Assembly (NCBI GenBank): GCA_965223705.1
Contig: OZ245015.1
Coordinates: 2,944,001 to 3,008,000, forward strand
Direction of reading: 5' to 3'
DNA from: Myxococcota bacterium
Lineage (GTDB): Bacteria; Myxococcota_A; UBA9160; UBA6930
DNA length: 64,000 nucleotides
Shown here: positions 1 through 9,351 of the stretch, one piece after another
Numbering within the stretch: position 1 is the first letter of the stretch
Layout: each line of letters begins with the position of its first letter
Notes under the pieces: generated by a model
What the model was told of the DNA's origin: nothing
What the model saw: the letters and a program-made list of their open reading frames with translations, nothing else
Databases searched by the model: none
Program-made: the position numbers and the translations under genes

Positions 1-652
1 CTTGTCGCGCATCTCGTCGACCTTGACGGCCATCTCCTCGAACGTCGGCGGGAACCACCAGACCCACCCGTCCCAGTCGAGCGCGCGCTCGATCGGCTTC
101 TCGGCGAAGGCGCCGATCCAAATCGGCGGCCGAGGTCGCTGGAACGGTTTCGGCGTGAGGTACACGTCGTCGAATTCGAAGAACTCGCCCTTGAACGAGA
201 AACCGCTCCTCTTCCCAGACGCCGCGGATCACTTCCATCACCTCTTCGAAGCGCTTGCCCTTCTTCGCGCCCGGAACACCGAAGAGCCGGAAGTAGTCCT
301 CGTGATAGCCGACGCCCGCACCGAAGATCAGACGCCCCCGCGACAGCAAGTCGACCGCGGCGAGCTGCTCGGCCAGGTGCACCGGATGATGAAACGTCGG
401 CTGGATGACGGTGGGGACGAGATCGACCCGGCTCGTCCGCACGGCCGCCGCCGCGAGAAGCGCCTCGGTCGACGAGAAGAATGTCTCGGACCGGGCGTGG
501 CGCTCGGGGAACCACAACCCGTCGAACCCGACTTTTTCCGCCAGCTCGCACTCCTTGAGAAGGTGCTCGGTCGCATCGGCCGCCTCCTCGGACGAAGGCG
601 TCGGCTGGTCGTAGTAGCCGAAGTGCGTGTCGGGCATGTAGGCAATCTTCAT
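1..652 (-). CDS. LLM-class flavin-dependent oxidoreductase (3'-truncated by window edge)
   Basis: Not in the ORF track because it has no stop in the window. Manual translation from ATG 652: MKIAYMPDTHFG...AEKVGFDGLWFPERH...HPVHLAEQLAAVDLLSRGRLIFGAGVGY...LTPKPFQRPRPPIWIGA, typical bacterial luciferase-like motifs. SD-like GGAGG upstream. Confidence 0.88.
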   Translation of the reverse strand, partial: MKIAYMPDTHFGYYDQPTPSSEEAADATEHLLKECELAEKVGFDGLWFPERHARSETFFSSTEALLAAAAVRTSRVDLVPTVIQPTFHHPVHLAEQLAAVDLLSRGRLIFGAGVGYHEDYFRLFGVPGAKKGKRFEEVMEVIRGVWEEERFLVQGRVLRIRRRVPHAETVPATSAADLDRRLRREADRARARLGRVGLVVPADVRGDGRQGRRDARQ

Positions 653-721
653 CGTGTCCTCCAAGGGAGGCTATTGTACCGGACGCCGTGAGATGACCGA
701 CGGCCGCGATACACTCGCGCC

Positions 722-1486
722 ATGTCGAACGATCTCGTCACGTATCAGTGCGACAACCATGTCGCTTGGCTCACGATCAACCGCCCCGAAGCCCGCAACG
801 CGCTCTCCGAGGCCGTGCGCGACGGACTCCGCGCGGGGTTTCTTCGTTTCGCCGAAGAAGACGAGGCCCGTGTGATGGTCGTGGCGGGCGCAGGCGACGT
901 CTTCTGCGCCGGCGGCGACCTCAAGGAAATGGCGCAGATGCAGCTCAAGGTGCCGGGGCCGGATTTCATGCCCTACTTGAACCGCACCGTCCACACGGAC
1001 AAGCCGACCATTGCCATGGTCCAAGGGGGCGCCTACGCCGGGGGCTTCCTGCTCGCGCAGATGTGCGATCTCGTCGTGGCCGAAGAAGGCGCGAAGTTTG
1101 CCATTACCGAGGCCCGGTGGGGTCGCGGCGCGCCTTGGGCGGCTCCCCTGCCGTGGCTGATCCCGCCGCGCGTCGCCATGGAGCTTCTCGTCACCGCAGC
1201 CCCCATCGATGCAGCGCGGGCTCACGAAGTCGGGCTCGTGAACCGCGTCGTCCCGGCGGCGGATCTGCGCGCCGAGACCGAAAAGCTCGCGTCGCACATC
1301 GCGCGCAACGCCCCGCTTTCCGTGCGCGCGGGTAAGTCGATGGTCTACGCGACGTTGGGCAAGAGCTTCATGGACGGCCTCGCCGAGGGAGAGCGCTTTT
1401 TCGAAAAGGCGTATCTGAGCGAAGACGCCCAGGAAGGCCCGAAAGCCTTTCGCGAGAAACGCGATCCAGTCTGGAAAGGTCGGTGA
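722..1486 (+). CDS. Enoyl-CoA hydratase/isomerase (crotonase) family protein
   Basis: LTINRPEARNALS, FCAGGDLKE, KPTIAMVQG, DAQEGPKAFREKRDP. Only the second catalytic Glu (ITE) is kept; the first position reads AGGFLLA. Confidence 0.92.
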   Translation: MSNDLVTYQCDNHVAWLTINRPEARNALSEAVRDGLRAGFLRFAEEDEARVMVVAGAGDVFCAGGDLKEMAQMQLKVPGPDFMPYLNRTVHTDKPTIAMVQGGAYAGGFLLAQMCDLVVAEEGAKFAITEARWGRGAPWAAPLPWLIPPRVAMELLVTAAPIDAARAHEVGLVNRVVPAADLRAETEKLASHIARNAPLSVRAGKSMVYATLGKSFMDGLAEGERFFEKAYLSEDAQEGPKAFREKRDPVWKGR

Positions 1487-1499
1487 GCGCCCCGCCGAG

Positions 1500-2501
1500 A
1501 TGACCGCCGATCCCGAATCCACCGAACGGATCGAGGCCGCCATCCGACGCCGCTACGGCAGCGCTGCGCGTACGGAAGAGCTCCGCTTGGCGACCCTCGG
1601 ACAATCGAATCGCACTTGGCTTCTCGACATCGTCGAAGGTTCGGGCGCTCGGCGCAAAGCCGTTCTGCGCCAAGAAACGTATCAGGGGCCGGGGAACCCG
1701 TTTCTCCCCTCGGAAAAGCAATACGCCGCGATCGAAATCGCTCGAGAACTGGGCGTCCCGACGCCGGAGCCGTTTTTCCTGTTCGAGGAGGAGGACGGCT
1801 TGGGCCAGGGCTTCGCGATGGAGCGCGTCGAGGGTGAGACGTTGCCGAAAACCATCCTCGAAGACAGCGCGTTCGCGGACGTGCGGCCGAAACTCGCGCA
1901 CGAATGCGGCGAAATTTTCGCGACGCTCCATCGCTGCTCCGAAGATGCCTTGGGATTTCTCGCCGACAGTCCCGACTCCGTCGACCCGATTCGCGCGCAA
2001 CGAGATCGCCTCGACACGTACCGAGAGCCGCACCCCGCGCTCGAACTCGGCTTCCGTTGGCTCGAACAGAACCGCCCGCGCGAGCGCTCTCGCACCCTGG
2101 TCCACGGTGACATGAGAAACGGCAACTTTATCGTCGGCCCCGAAGGCATTCGCGCGGTGCTCGACTGGGAATGCTGTCACATCGGCGATCCGCTCGAAGA
2201 CCTGGGTTGGCTCTGCACCCGGTCGTGGCGTTTCGGGCGGTTTGACCTACCCGTCGGTGGGTTCGGGAAGCGCGCCGAGCTGTACGCCGGCTACCGCGCC
2301 GTATCGGGCAGCGTCATCGACGAAGACGACGCGCGCTACTGGGAAGTGTTCGGCCTCATCCGCTGGGCCGTCATCAACTTGATGCAAGCGTACGGTCACG
2401 TCGAGCTGGGCCGCAGTTCCGTGGTCTTCGCGGCGTGCGGCCGCAACTGCGCGGAGATGGAATACGATCTCCTCCGCACCCTCGACGGGACGTTCGACTG
2501 A
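1500..2501 (+). CDS. APH-family phosphotransferase (LvaA/ACAD10-kinase-like)
   Basis: LVHGDMRNGN, AVLDWE and GDPLEDLGW motifs. Stop overlaps the start of a DUF6285-like gene. Confidence 0.88.
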   Translation: MTADPESTERIEAAIRRRYGSAARTEELRLATLGQSNRTWLLDIVEGSGARRKAVLRQETYQGPGNPFLPSEKQYAAIEIARELGVPTPEPFFLFEEEDGLGQGFAMERVEGETLPKTILEDSAFADVRPKLAHECGEIFATLHRCSEDALGFLADSPDSVDPIRAQRDRLDTYREPHPALELGFRWLEQNRPRERSRTLVHGDMRNGNFIVGPEGIRAVLDWECCHIGDPLEDLGWLCTRSWRFGRFDLPVGGFGKRAELYAGYRAVSGSVIDEDDARYWEVFGLIRWAVINLMQAYGHVELGRSSVVFAACGRNCAEMEYDLLRTLDGTFD

Positions 2502-2869
2502 TGGCACAAGACCGACCCTCTGCCGTGAACCTTCTCGAAACGGTCTCGCAGTTTCTCCGCGAGTTGATGCCGAGAGTCGAAGGCGCGGATCGTTTTCACA
2601 CGCGGGTCTCCATTCACCTCCTCGATCTCGTCGCGCGTGAACTGCGGGACGGCGCAAAGCTCGACGCGGCAGAACACGAACGGCTCTCTCGGCTCCTTGG
2701 GACCGACGGATCTCTGGAGACCCTGAACGCAGAGCTTGCTCGCGCCATTCGCGCCGGAGAGCTCGACGATCGCCACGCCGAGACCTTCGAGCACGTCTTG
2801 AGGACCGTCGAAGACAAGCTCTCGGTCGTGAATCCCACGTACGCGGAGCGCGCGGGCGCCGGGTCCTAG
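2501..2869 (+). CDS. DUF6285-like small protein (LvaB-like kinase partner)
   Basis: TGATG overlap with the upstream APH gene. MAQDRPSAVNLLETVSQFL...RFHTRVSIHLLDLVARE...LARAIRAG...KLSVVNPTY pattern. Confidence 0.75.
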   Translation: MAQDRPSAVNLLETVSQFLRELMPRVEGADRFHTRVSIHLLDLVARELRDGAKLDAAEHERLSRLLGTDGSLETLNAELARAIRAGELDDRHAETFEHVLRTVEDKLSVVNPTYAERAGAGS

Positions 2870-3873
2870 GCCAGCAATCGCTCTGCGCCTGCAAACAAGT
2901 GGGGTACGGCGCGACCGAATTGTTCCCATGCCGGATCGGTGCGACGCCCCGTCCGGTGGAGCTTCACGTAGAGCCCGGTGACCACCGCCATTTTGTAGTT
3001 CGCGAGAGCGCGGTACCAGGCGATCCCCGCGCAATCCCGACCGGTGCGGTCTCGGTAGCGCTCGATCAAAGCTTCCGGCTCGAGCGGTGTCACGGGTTGC
3101 CATGCCTCGTGCCAACTCTTGCGATCCCCGATCATCGCGAGCCAACCGAGGTCGTAGTACTGGGAGCCGATGCTCGAGAGCTCCCAGTCGAGAAGGGCCG
3201 ACACACGACCGTCTTCGAGGAACAACACGTTGCTCGGTTGACAGTCGCCGTGGAGCAACCCGATGGGCGAAGCCGGAGGCGCCAGTGCGGTGAGCCGCTC
3301 GCGAACGCGTTCGCCATGACGTTGCCACTCCGGTTCCGCGGCCTGCGCGAGTATCGGATCCCAGCGTTCGACTTCGCTTTCGATCGGTGTCACTGCTTCC
3401 CAGGTGCCGAGGTGCGGTTCCCAATCGAACGCGTGGACTCTCGCCAAGAGGTCGACCGCGTGTTCCCACAGCGGCGCCACAGCGTCGGGGGCCCGCGAGA
3501 ACGACACATCGGGATGCCACACGACGAACGCGCGGCCGGGCACGTGGCGAAAGACGACGTAGTCCGTCCCGAACGCGCCGTCTTCTTCGCCACCGTAGAA
3601 GCAGATCGGCGGGACGGGAAACCCGTGCTCTCGAAGCGTCGTCAGCAGTGGGACTTGCCGCAGAACGTCGGTGTTGCCGCTGCGCCGGACCCCTGTGGGC
3701 GCGAGCCGGATGACGAAGCGTTCGGCAGAAGCGCCGGGGACCTTCCAACGAAACCCGTAGGTAAGCCCACCGTGACTTCCCGAGAAGCCGTGGACACCTT
3801 CGACCGACACCGTTCGCCCGAGTTCGCGCTCAGCGAACGCCTGCAGCCGCATCTCGAGTTGCGGAAGATCCAT
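2866..3873 (-). CDS. APH-family phosphotransferase
   Basis: LLHGDCQPSN, ALLDWE and DLGW motifs. Confidence 0.88.
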   Translation of the reverse strand: MDLPQLEMRLQAFAERELGRTVSVEGVHGFSGSHGGLTYGFRWKVPGASAERFVIRLAPTGVRRSGNTDVLRQVPLLTTLREHGFPVPPICFYGGEEDGAFGTDYVVFRHVPGRAFVVWHPDVSFSRAPDAVAPLWEHAVDLLARVHAFDWEPHLGTWEAVTPIESEVERWDPILAQAAEPEWQRHGERVRERLTALAPPASPIGLLHGDCQPSNVLFLEDGRVSALLDWELSSIGSQYYDLGWLAMIGDRKSWHEAWQPVTPLEPEALIERYRDRTGRDCAGIAWYRALANYKMAVVTGLYVKLHRTGRRTDPAWEQFGRAVPHLFAGAERLLA

Positions 3874-3882
3874 CGCCCCGCG

Positions 3883-4671
3883 CTAGCGCCCCTGAAACTC
3901 GGGCTTTCGCTTCTCCTGAAACGCTCGGATTCCTTCGGCAACGTCGTGCGTTCGTGCGGAGTCGGCGATCGCCCTCGCCTCGTACTCCATCTGGCTCTCC
4001 AACGTTTCCGAGAAGGAGCTTTGCAGCAGTTTCTTGACCAACCCGTACGCGCGGGTGGCACCGCTCGCGAGTTCGCGAGCCAAGGCCGTCGCTTCGGCAA
4101 GCAACGTTTCGTCGGGAACGACCCGCGTCACGAGTCCGCACGCCGCGGCCTCGTCCGCGGACAGCGTCGGGTTCGTCAGCAGCAGCTCGGCCGCGCGCCG
4201 CATGCCGACCATTCTCGGCAGGAAATACGTGGTGCTGGTGTCGGCCGCGAGGCCCGAGCGCGTGTAGGCGGGACAGAACCGCGCGGATGAACCCGCCAGG
4301 ACGAGGTCCGCCATGCAAGCGAGCCCGAAACCCCCGCCGGCGGCGACTCCGTTCACCGCGGCTACGAGCGGCGCGTCCATCCGAGCAAAACGGGACACGG
4401 CTGCGTGGAGGTAGACCGTCATTTCTTTCGTCAGGGGAGCGAGCTCGTCCCCGGCTGCCGAGAATTCGCGAATGTCGCCGCCGACGCTGAAGATCGAGCC
4501 GCTCCCGGTCAGAAGAACCGCGCGAATCTCCGGGCGTTCGTCACACGCGATCGCGGCGTGCATGAGGTCGCGCGTCGCAGCGAGGTTGATGGCGTTCTGC
4601 GCGTCCGGGCGATTGAGCGTCACGTGCGCAACGCCGTCCTCGACCTCGAACAGCAGGGTTTCGAACGTCAC
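3883..4671 (-). CDS. Enoyl-CoA hydratase/isomerase family protein, PaaG-like
   Basis: GTG start overlaps the stop of the FAH gene (GTGA). VTLNRPDAQNAI, FSVGGDI, GVAAGGGFGLA, EGIRAFQEKRKP. Lacks both catalytic Glu and has Asp in GLAADTS, as in PaaG-type isomerases. Confidence 0.88.
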   Translation of the reverse strand: MTFETLLFEVEDGVAHVTLNRPDAQNAINLAATRDLMHAAIACDERPEIRAVLLTGSGSIFSVGGDIREFSAAGDELAPLTKEMTVYLHAAVSRFARMDAPLVAAVNGVAAGGGFGLACMADLVLAGSSARFCPAYTRSGLAADTSTTYFLPRMVGMRRAAELLLTNPTLSADEAAACGLVTRVVPDETLLAEATALARELASGATRAYGLVKKLLQSSFSETLESQMEYEARAIADSARTHDVAEGIRAFQEKRKPEFQGR

Positions 4672-5528
4672 AAGAGCGTGGTGTCGGCCGGTTCGTCGAT
4701 GACCGGATTCTCGAGTGCGCCGAGCTTCTCGATCTCGATCCGGACCGTGTCTCCGGGAACCAGCCATTTCGGCGGATCGAACCCGAGCGCCACACCACTC
4801 GGTGTACCCGTGGAAATGATGTCACCGGGCTCGAGCGTACACACCGTAGAGATCAACGCGACGAGGTTGTAGCAGCCGAAGATCAGGTGCTTGGTGTTCG
4901 AGTCTTGACGCAACTCGCCGTTCACAAAGGTCCGCAGTCCCAGCGTGTGAGGATCGCCGACTTCGTCGCCGGTGGTGAGCCACGGACCGTGTGGACCATG
5001 GGTATCCCATCCCTTCCCCAGCACAAACGTCTTCGCTCTCATCTGCCAATCGCGAACGCTGACGTCGTTGACCACGCAGTAGCCGGCGATGACTTCCGCC
5101 GCCCGCTCCTCAGGAACGTGCCGACAGCGACGACCGATCACCAGGCCGAGCTCGCCTTCATAGTCGAGCTGCTCGGAAGCGCGCGGCCGATGAATGGGGT
5201 CCCCCGGGTTCGCGACGCAACTCGACTGCTTGTTGAAGAACATCGGAGAGCTGGGCTTCTCCATTCCGGTCTCTTCGATATGGTCGCTGTAGTTGAGCCC
5301 GATACCGAAGAACTTCTGCGGCGCCGGAATCGGCGCGCGTAGCGTCACGGATGAAAGATCGTGCGCAGTGCCCGTCGCCGTGGCTGCCTTTGCGAGGGCA
5401 TCGGAGCCGGCCGCAAGGAGTTGCTGCACGTTTCCAGGCAAGCCCGCGTCGGTCAGGTCGACCACCTGATCACCTTCGATTCTTCCCGCACGGGACGTCC
5501 CGCCATGGCTGAAAGTCGCGAGTCGCAT
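4668..5528 (-). CDS. Fumarylacetoacetate hydrolase (FAH) family protein
   Basis: GIGLNYSDH, LDYEGEL, NDVSVRD, GKGWDT, LEPGDIISTGTPSG. SD GAAGGAGA before ATG 5528. Confidence 0.93.
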   Translation of the reverse strand: MRLATFSHGGTSRAGRIEGDQVVDLTDAGLPGNVQQLLAAGSDALAKAATATGTAHDLSSVTLRAPIPAPQKFFGIGLNYSDHIEETGMEKPSSPMFFNKQSSCVANPGDPIHRPRASEQLDYEGELGLVIGRRCRHVPEERAAEVIAGYCVVNDVSVRDWQMRAKTFVLGKGWDTHGPHGPWLTTGDEVGDPHTLGLRTFVNGELRQDSNTKHLIFGCYNLVALISTVCTLEPGDIISTGTPSGVALGFDPPKWLVPGDTVRIEIEKLGALENPVIDEPADTTLL

Positions 5529-5623
5529 GCAGTCTCCTTCAGGTTGAGTTCCGTCTGTGCGGAGCGGCGGCGCAGTGTCGCCCATCCTGTGAATCGTGGG
5601 AAGCGGCGGCCAACCCCGAGGGG

Positions 5624-5974
5624 CTATTCATGGCTATGGCTGTGATCGCCGTGCGAAGCCCGCTGTTCCGCCGCGATCGCTTCTTTCACGACGGCGACTT
5701 CCTCCGCCGCGGCCAAGCCCCGCTCAGCCAGCCAAGCTTCGCAGGCGTCGAGCCAGCGCTCGTAGTACGCCGCGGGATCGCGCTCGCTCGCCGGGCCGGC
5801 GGCGTCCGCGAGCTCTGCGGAAAAACGGTCGGCCCATTCTTTCCAAGGGATTCCGTGAGCGTCGCAGAGATGGACGACCAAACCGAAGACCCGGGCCTGC
5901 CAGGGCTCCGAAAACACCGGGCCCTCCTCATCGCGCGGGAGGGTCTCGAGGTCTTGTGCTTCGGGTCGGCTCAT
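5624..5974 (-). CDS. Nitrile hydratase accessory/activator protein (P14K-like)
   Basis: LPRDEEGPVFSEPWQARVF, YYERWLDACE and a His-rich C-terminus HGDHSHSHE. SD GAGGAG before ATG 5974. NHase genes lie 2 kb upstream. Confidence 0.85.
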   Translation of the reverse strand: MSRPEAQDLETLPRDEEGPVFSEPWQARVFGLVVHLCDAHGIPWKEWADRFSAELADAAGPASERDPAAYYERWLDACEAWLAERGLAAAEEVAVVKEAIAAEQRASHGDHSHSHE

Positions 5975-6039
5975 AGCGGCTCCTCTTCGGGCTGTGGCGT
6001 GGCTTGTGCCGGGCGCTTCCATCATACTGCGCCGCGCCG

Positions 6040-6726
6040 ATGAACGACCGAAGCTCTCCGCAATCCGAACGCCCGCATGCCGTGCTGTTCGATGTCGACG
6101 GGACGCTCCTCGATTCCGTGCCGCTGTTTCTCGAAATGAGCGCGGAGCTCCTTCGAGAGCTTGGCGCGCCGCCGGTCCACGAGGACAGGATTCGGGAGCT
6201 GATGAGCGTCGCGACGCCGGATCTCCTGCTCGAGATTCTCCCCGACGATTTCCCCGACGCGAAGCAACGCGTCGAAGCCCTGATGACAGCGAATATGGAG
6301 CGTTTCATCTCGCGCTATCACCGCGAAGCCGAGCTCCTGCCCGACGCCGTCGAAACGGTGGAAGCCCTGGCCGCCGAGGGGTTCTCCCTCGGGCTGGTGA
6401 CGTCGTCGGGACGCGCCGTGCCGTTCCTCGACCGCTGTGAGATGCGCCACCGATTTCTGGCGATCGTCGGGCGCGAGGACGTGCTGCGTCATAAACCCCA
6501 TCCGGAGCCTTTGCTCTTGTGTGCCGAACGCATGACGCTCGAACCGCGCCGCTGCATCTACGTGGGCGACTCACTGGTGGATATTCGCGCGGCGCGAGCG
6601 GCCGGCATGTCGGCGGCGGCGATCCCGACCGGAACTGCCACGCGCGAGCAGCTCAGTGCCGAAGGCCCCGACATCCTGCTGGGCCGGCTGTCCGAGCTGC
6701 CCACCCTGCTCGGCTCGGCTCCCTAA
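6040..6726 (+). CDS. HAD-superfamily hydrolase (phosphoglycolate phosphatase-like)
   Basis: FDVDGTLLDS (motif I), LVTS, KPHPEP, YVGDSLVD. Confidence 0.88.
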   Translation: MNDRSSPQSERPHAVLFDVDGTLLDSVPLFLEMSAELLRELGAPPVHEDRIRELMSVATPDLLLEILPDDFPDAKQRVEALMTANMERFISRYHREAELLPDAVETVEALAAEGFSLGLVTSSGRAVPFLDRCEMRHRFLAIVGREDVLRHKPHPEPLLLCAERMTLEPRRCIYVGDSLVDIRAARAAGMSAAAIPTGTATREQLSAEGPDILLGRLSELPTLLGSAP

Positions 6727-7949
6727 CGGTCGCCGCTGTGCAGCACACCGTCGCGCTCGAGGGAACGCACGCGATCGACGGGGAGTTGAAGCACGCTGGT
6801 CAGGACTTCCTCATTGTGCTGCCCGAGGAGCGGCGCTTCGAGATTCGGCAGCTTCGGGTGCTCGGAAAACTTGAACGGGAACCCGGGGATGGTGACCTCG
6901 CCGAAGACGGCGTCCGGAACCTTGCGGATCATCTCGCGCCCTTCGAAGTATGGGTGACCGAGGGCGTCGGTCGGTGAAAGCACGGGCGCGCACGGCACCC
7001 GGTGCTCTTCCAAGCGCGCGAGCACCGCTTCGTCGCTCCTCAAGGAGGCCATCCACGCTTCGATGATCGGGATCAATTCTCCTTGATGGCGCCCCCGTGC
7101 TTCTTGCTCCGCGAACCGCGGATCTTCGAAGAGGTCGGGACGCTCCATCGCGTCGCACACGTTCTTCCATTGGCGTTGTAGCGCCAAGATCACGATGTAC
7201 CCGTCGGGGCTCTTGAACGCGCCGACGGGGCAGATCAGCGGATGATGAGAGCCCGCGCGCACGGCTTCGAGCGCGCCGTCCGTCAGATCGTGACCTTGAA
7301 TCGAGATCTCGTGCATATGGTAGAGGGCGTCGATCATCGAAAGATCGATGTATTGCCCGCGACCGGTTTGGCCGCGCGCGAACAATGCGTATCCGATCGC
7401 CGCAAACGCGTGAACGCCGGCCGTCTGGTCGGCGATCCCGTAGCCCACTTGATAAGGCGGGCCGTCGGGATCTCCGGTCATGTGCATCATTCCGGAAAAC
7501 GCCTGGGCGATGAAGTCGTAGCCCGTCTTGTGTTTGTAGGGTCCGCTGCGGCCGAACGCCGAAATCGAGGCCATCACGATCTTCGGGTTGGCGGCGTGCA
7601 CCGCTTCCCAACTGAGTCCTCGTTTTTCCATCACGCCGAGGCCGTAGTTTTCGATGATGACGTCGAGCTCGGGGAGCAACGCGTGGAGGATCTCGACGGC
7701 TTCGTCGCGCTTGAGATCCATACACAGGCTCTTTTTCCCGCGGTTTTGCTGAACGAAGTAGCCGCTGCGGCGATCCTTGACGATCGGGAGCGTCCGCGCC
7801 GGGTCGCCGTCCGGCGCGTGCTCCACCTTGATCACGTCGGCGCCCATTTCCGCCATCAGGCGCGTCGTCGTCGGACCTGCCAGGTATTGCGTGAAGTCGA
7901 GGACACGCACGCCCGAGAGAATCCCCGGTTGATCTTCGCTTTCTGCCAT
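6723..7949 (-). CDS. Class III CoA-transferase (CaiB/BaiF family)
   Basis: LSGVRVLDFTQYLAGP, GADVIKVE, NRGKKS, catalytic Asp in GIADQTAG, APLLGQHN. Confidence 0.92.
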   Translation of the reverse strand: MAESEDQPGILSGVRVLDFTQYLAGPTTTRLMAEMGADVIKVEHAPDGDPARTLPIVKDRRSGYFVQQNRGKKSLCMDLKRDEAVEILHALLPELDVIIENYGLGVMEKRGLSWEAVHAANPKIVMASISAFGRSGPYKHKTGYDFIAQAFSGMMHMTGDPDGPPYQVGYGIADQTAGVHAFAAIGYALFARGQTGRGQYIDLSMIDALYHMHEISIQGHDLTDGALEAVRAGSHHPLICPVGAFKSPDGYIVILALQRQWKNVCDAMERPDLFEDPRFAEQEARGRHQGELIPIIEAWMASLRSDEAVLARLEEHRVPCAPVLSPTDALGHPYFEGREMIRKVPDAVFGEVTIPGFPFKFSEHPKLPNLEAPLLGQHNEEVLTSVLQLPVDRVRSLERDGVLHSGDR

Positions 7950-7968
7950 GGACCGAGCGCCTAAGCCG

Positions 7969-8628
7969 TCAAACCGCTTCGAGATGGTCGTCCCACAAAT
8001 CGGCGACCACACAGTCCGCGGCGTGTCCCGCCGTACCGAACAGATCCTGCGCCGTGAAGCGGACGGCGTAGACGTGCTGTGGACACGCTCCGTCGCCCCG
8101 CGCGTGGCTGTCGGCAAAAATGAAGACGCCGTGGTCCGCGATGACTTCTCCGACCTTGCCGCGCGCGTAGCGCGGCAGCCGGGTGTGACCCGGCGCGTGG
8201 TCATTTTTCGCGCGGACGCGCTGGCCGACTCGGAAGCGCGGCGCGACGTCGGCGTCGATCTTCGTCGACGCGCCCGCCACCGACAAGCCGAGCGCCGCTT
8301 CCCGGGGCAAGGCGGGTTCCGCGACGGGAGCGCCCGGTGTCGGCGTACCCGACGCGAGCTCTTCAGCGGTCAAGACACCTTTCTCGACGAGCAGCGTCTC
8401 GAAGGCGTGCAGCCAGTGCTCGTAGTAGGACGTCGTCAAGTAGGCCGCGCCGGGCATCCGTTCGATGGCGTGCCGCATTTCGTCGAGGTTCCAGGCGCGA
8501 AGGGCAACCGTGGTGGGAAACAGTCCGAAGACGCGTTTCTCCCAGTCGGCGTGAAAAACGGGCTCGTCCTCTTCTCGCTCGATCGGACCTTGCCAGTCGA
8601 CGCCGCCCAAGTCGTGCAGACTGTTCAT
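7969..8628 (-). CDS. nthB: Nitrile hydratase subunit beta
   Basis: [45 protein letters not shown] overlap with the alpha subunit. Confidence 0.95.
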   Translation of the reverse strand: MNSLHDLGGVDWQGPIEREEDEPVFHADWEKRVFGLFPTTVALRAWNLDEMRHAIERMPGAAYLTTSYYEHWLHAFETLLVEKGVLTAEELASGTPTPGAPVAEPALPREAALGLSVAGASTKIDADVAPRFRVGQRVRAKNDHAPGHTRLPRYARGKVGEVIADHGVFIFADSHARGDGACPQHVYAVRFTAQDLFGTAGHAADCVVADLWDDHLEAV

Positions 8629-9227
8629 GAACTCGGTGCCAGGGCAGAGGTCACGCCGATCATCGAGTCGCGGGTGACGAGCTTTGCGAGGTCGTCTTCC
8701 GACAGGCCCTCGGTTCCGGACGGGCGCTCCGGAAGAACCAGATAACGCACTTCTGCGGTGCTATCCCAAACCCGTACTTCGACGTCGTCGTCGACTTCGG
8801 TGCCGAACTCCGCCAGCACACCCCGAGGATCGCGCACGGCGCGCGCGCGGTAGGCGGGTGCCTTGTACCAGACCGGCGGGAGTCCGAGCACCGGCCAGGG
8901 GTAGCAGCTGCACAGCGTGCACACGATCAGGTTGTGCACCGTGGGCGTGTTTTCGACGACGACCATGTCCTCGCCCTGCATCCCGGCAAAGCCCAGCTCG
9001 GCAATGGCCTCGGTGCCGTTCTCGAGGAGCCTCGCCTTGTACGCGGGGTCGGTCCACGCCCGTGCGACCACCCGCGCGCCGTTCTGGGGGCCGACCTTGT
9101 TCTCGTAGCGGTCGACCAGTGCGTCGATGGCCGTCGGGTCGACCAAGCCCTTGTCCACCAGGACTTTTTCGAGGGCCTTCACGCGCAGAACAATTTCGGA
9201 ATCGGGTTGGCGGTGACGCGAGCTCAT
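8625..9227 (-). CDS. nthA: Nitrile hydratase subunit alpha, cobalt type
   Basis: VCTLCSCYP cysteine-claw motif (Thr/Tyr indicates Co-type), [26 protein letters not shown]. Confidence 0.96.
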   Translation of the reverse strand: MSSRHRQPDSEIVLRVKALEKVLVDKGLVDPTAIDALVDRYENKVGPQNGARVVARAWTDPAYKARLLENGTEAIAELGFAGMQGEDMVVVENTPTVHNLIVCTLCSCYPWPVLGLPPVWYKAPAYRARAVRDPRGVLAEFGTEVDDDVEVRVWDSTAEVRYLVLPERPSGTEGLSEDDLAKLVTRDSMIGVTSALAPSS

Positions 9228-9351
9228 GATCATCCCCGGTGCAAGTTGCTTCAATGCTAGGCTGCGAATCGCAACGGGCCAAGAGCGAGCGGCCGGTGGG
9301 TCGAACGCCTCGGGCCCGGGATGCGCGGCGACCGCCGCGCCGGGAGGCCCC

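Noticed and set aside
1500..3873. APH-family genes as aminoglycoside-resistance determinants
   Set aside because: Their motifs and context (crotonases, DUF6285-like partner) fit the acyl-CoA-metabolism kinase branch, and there is no mobile-element context.
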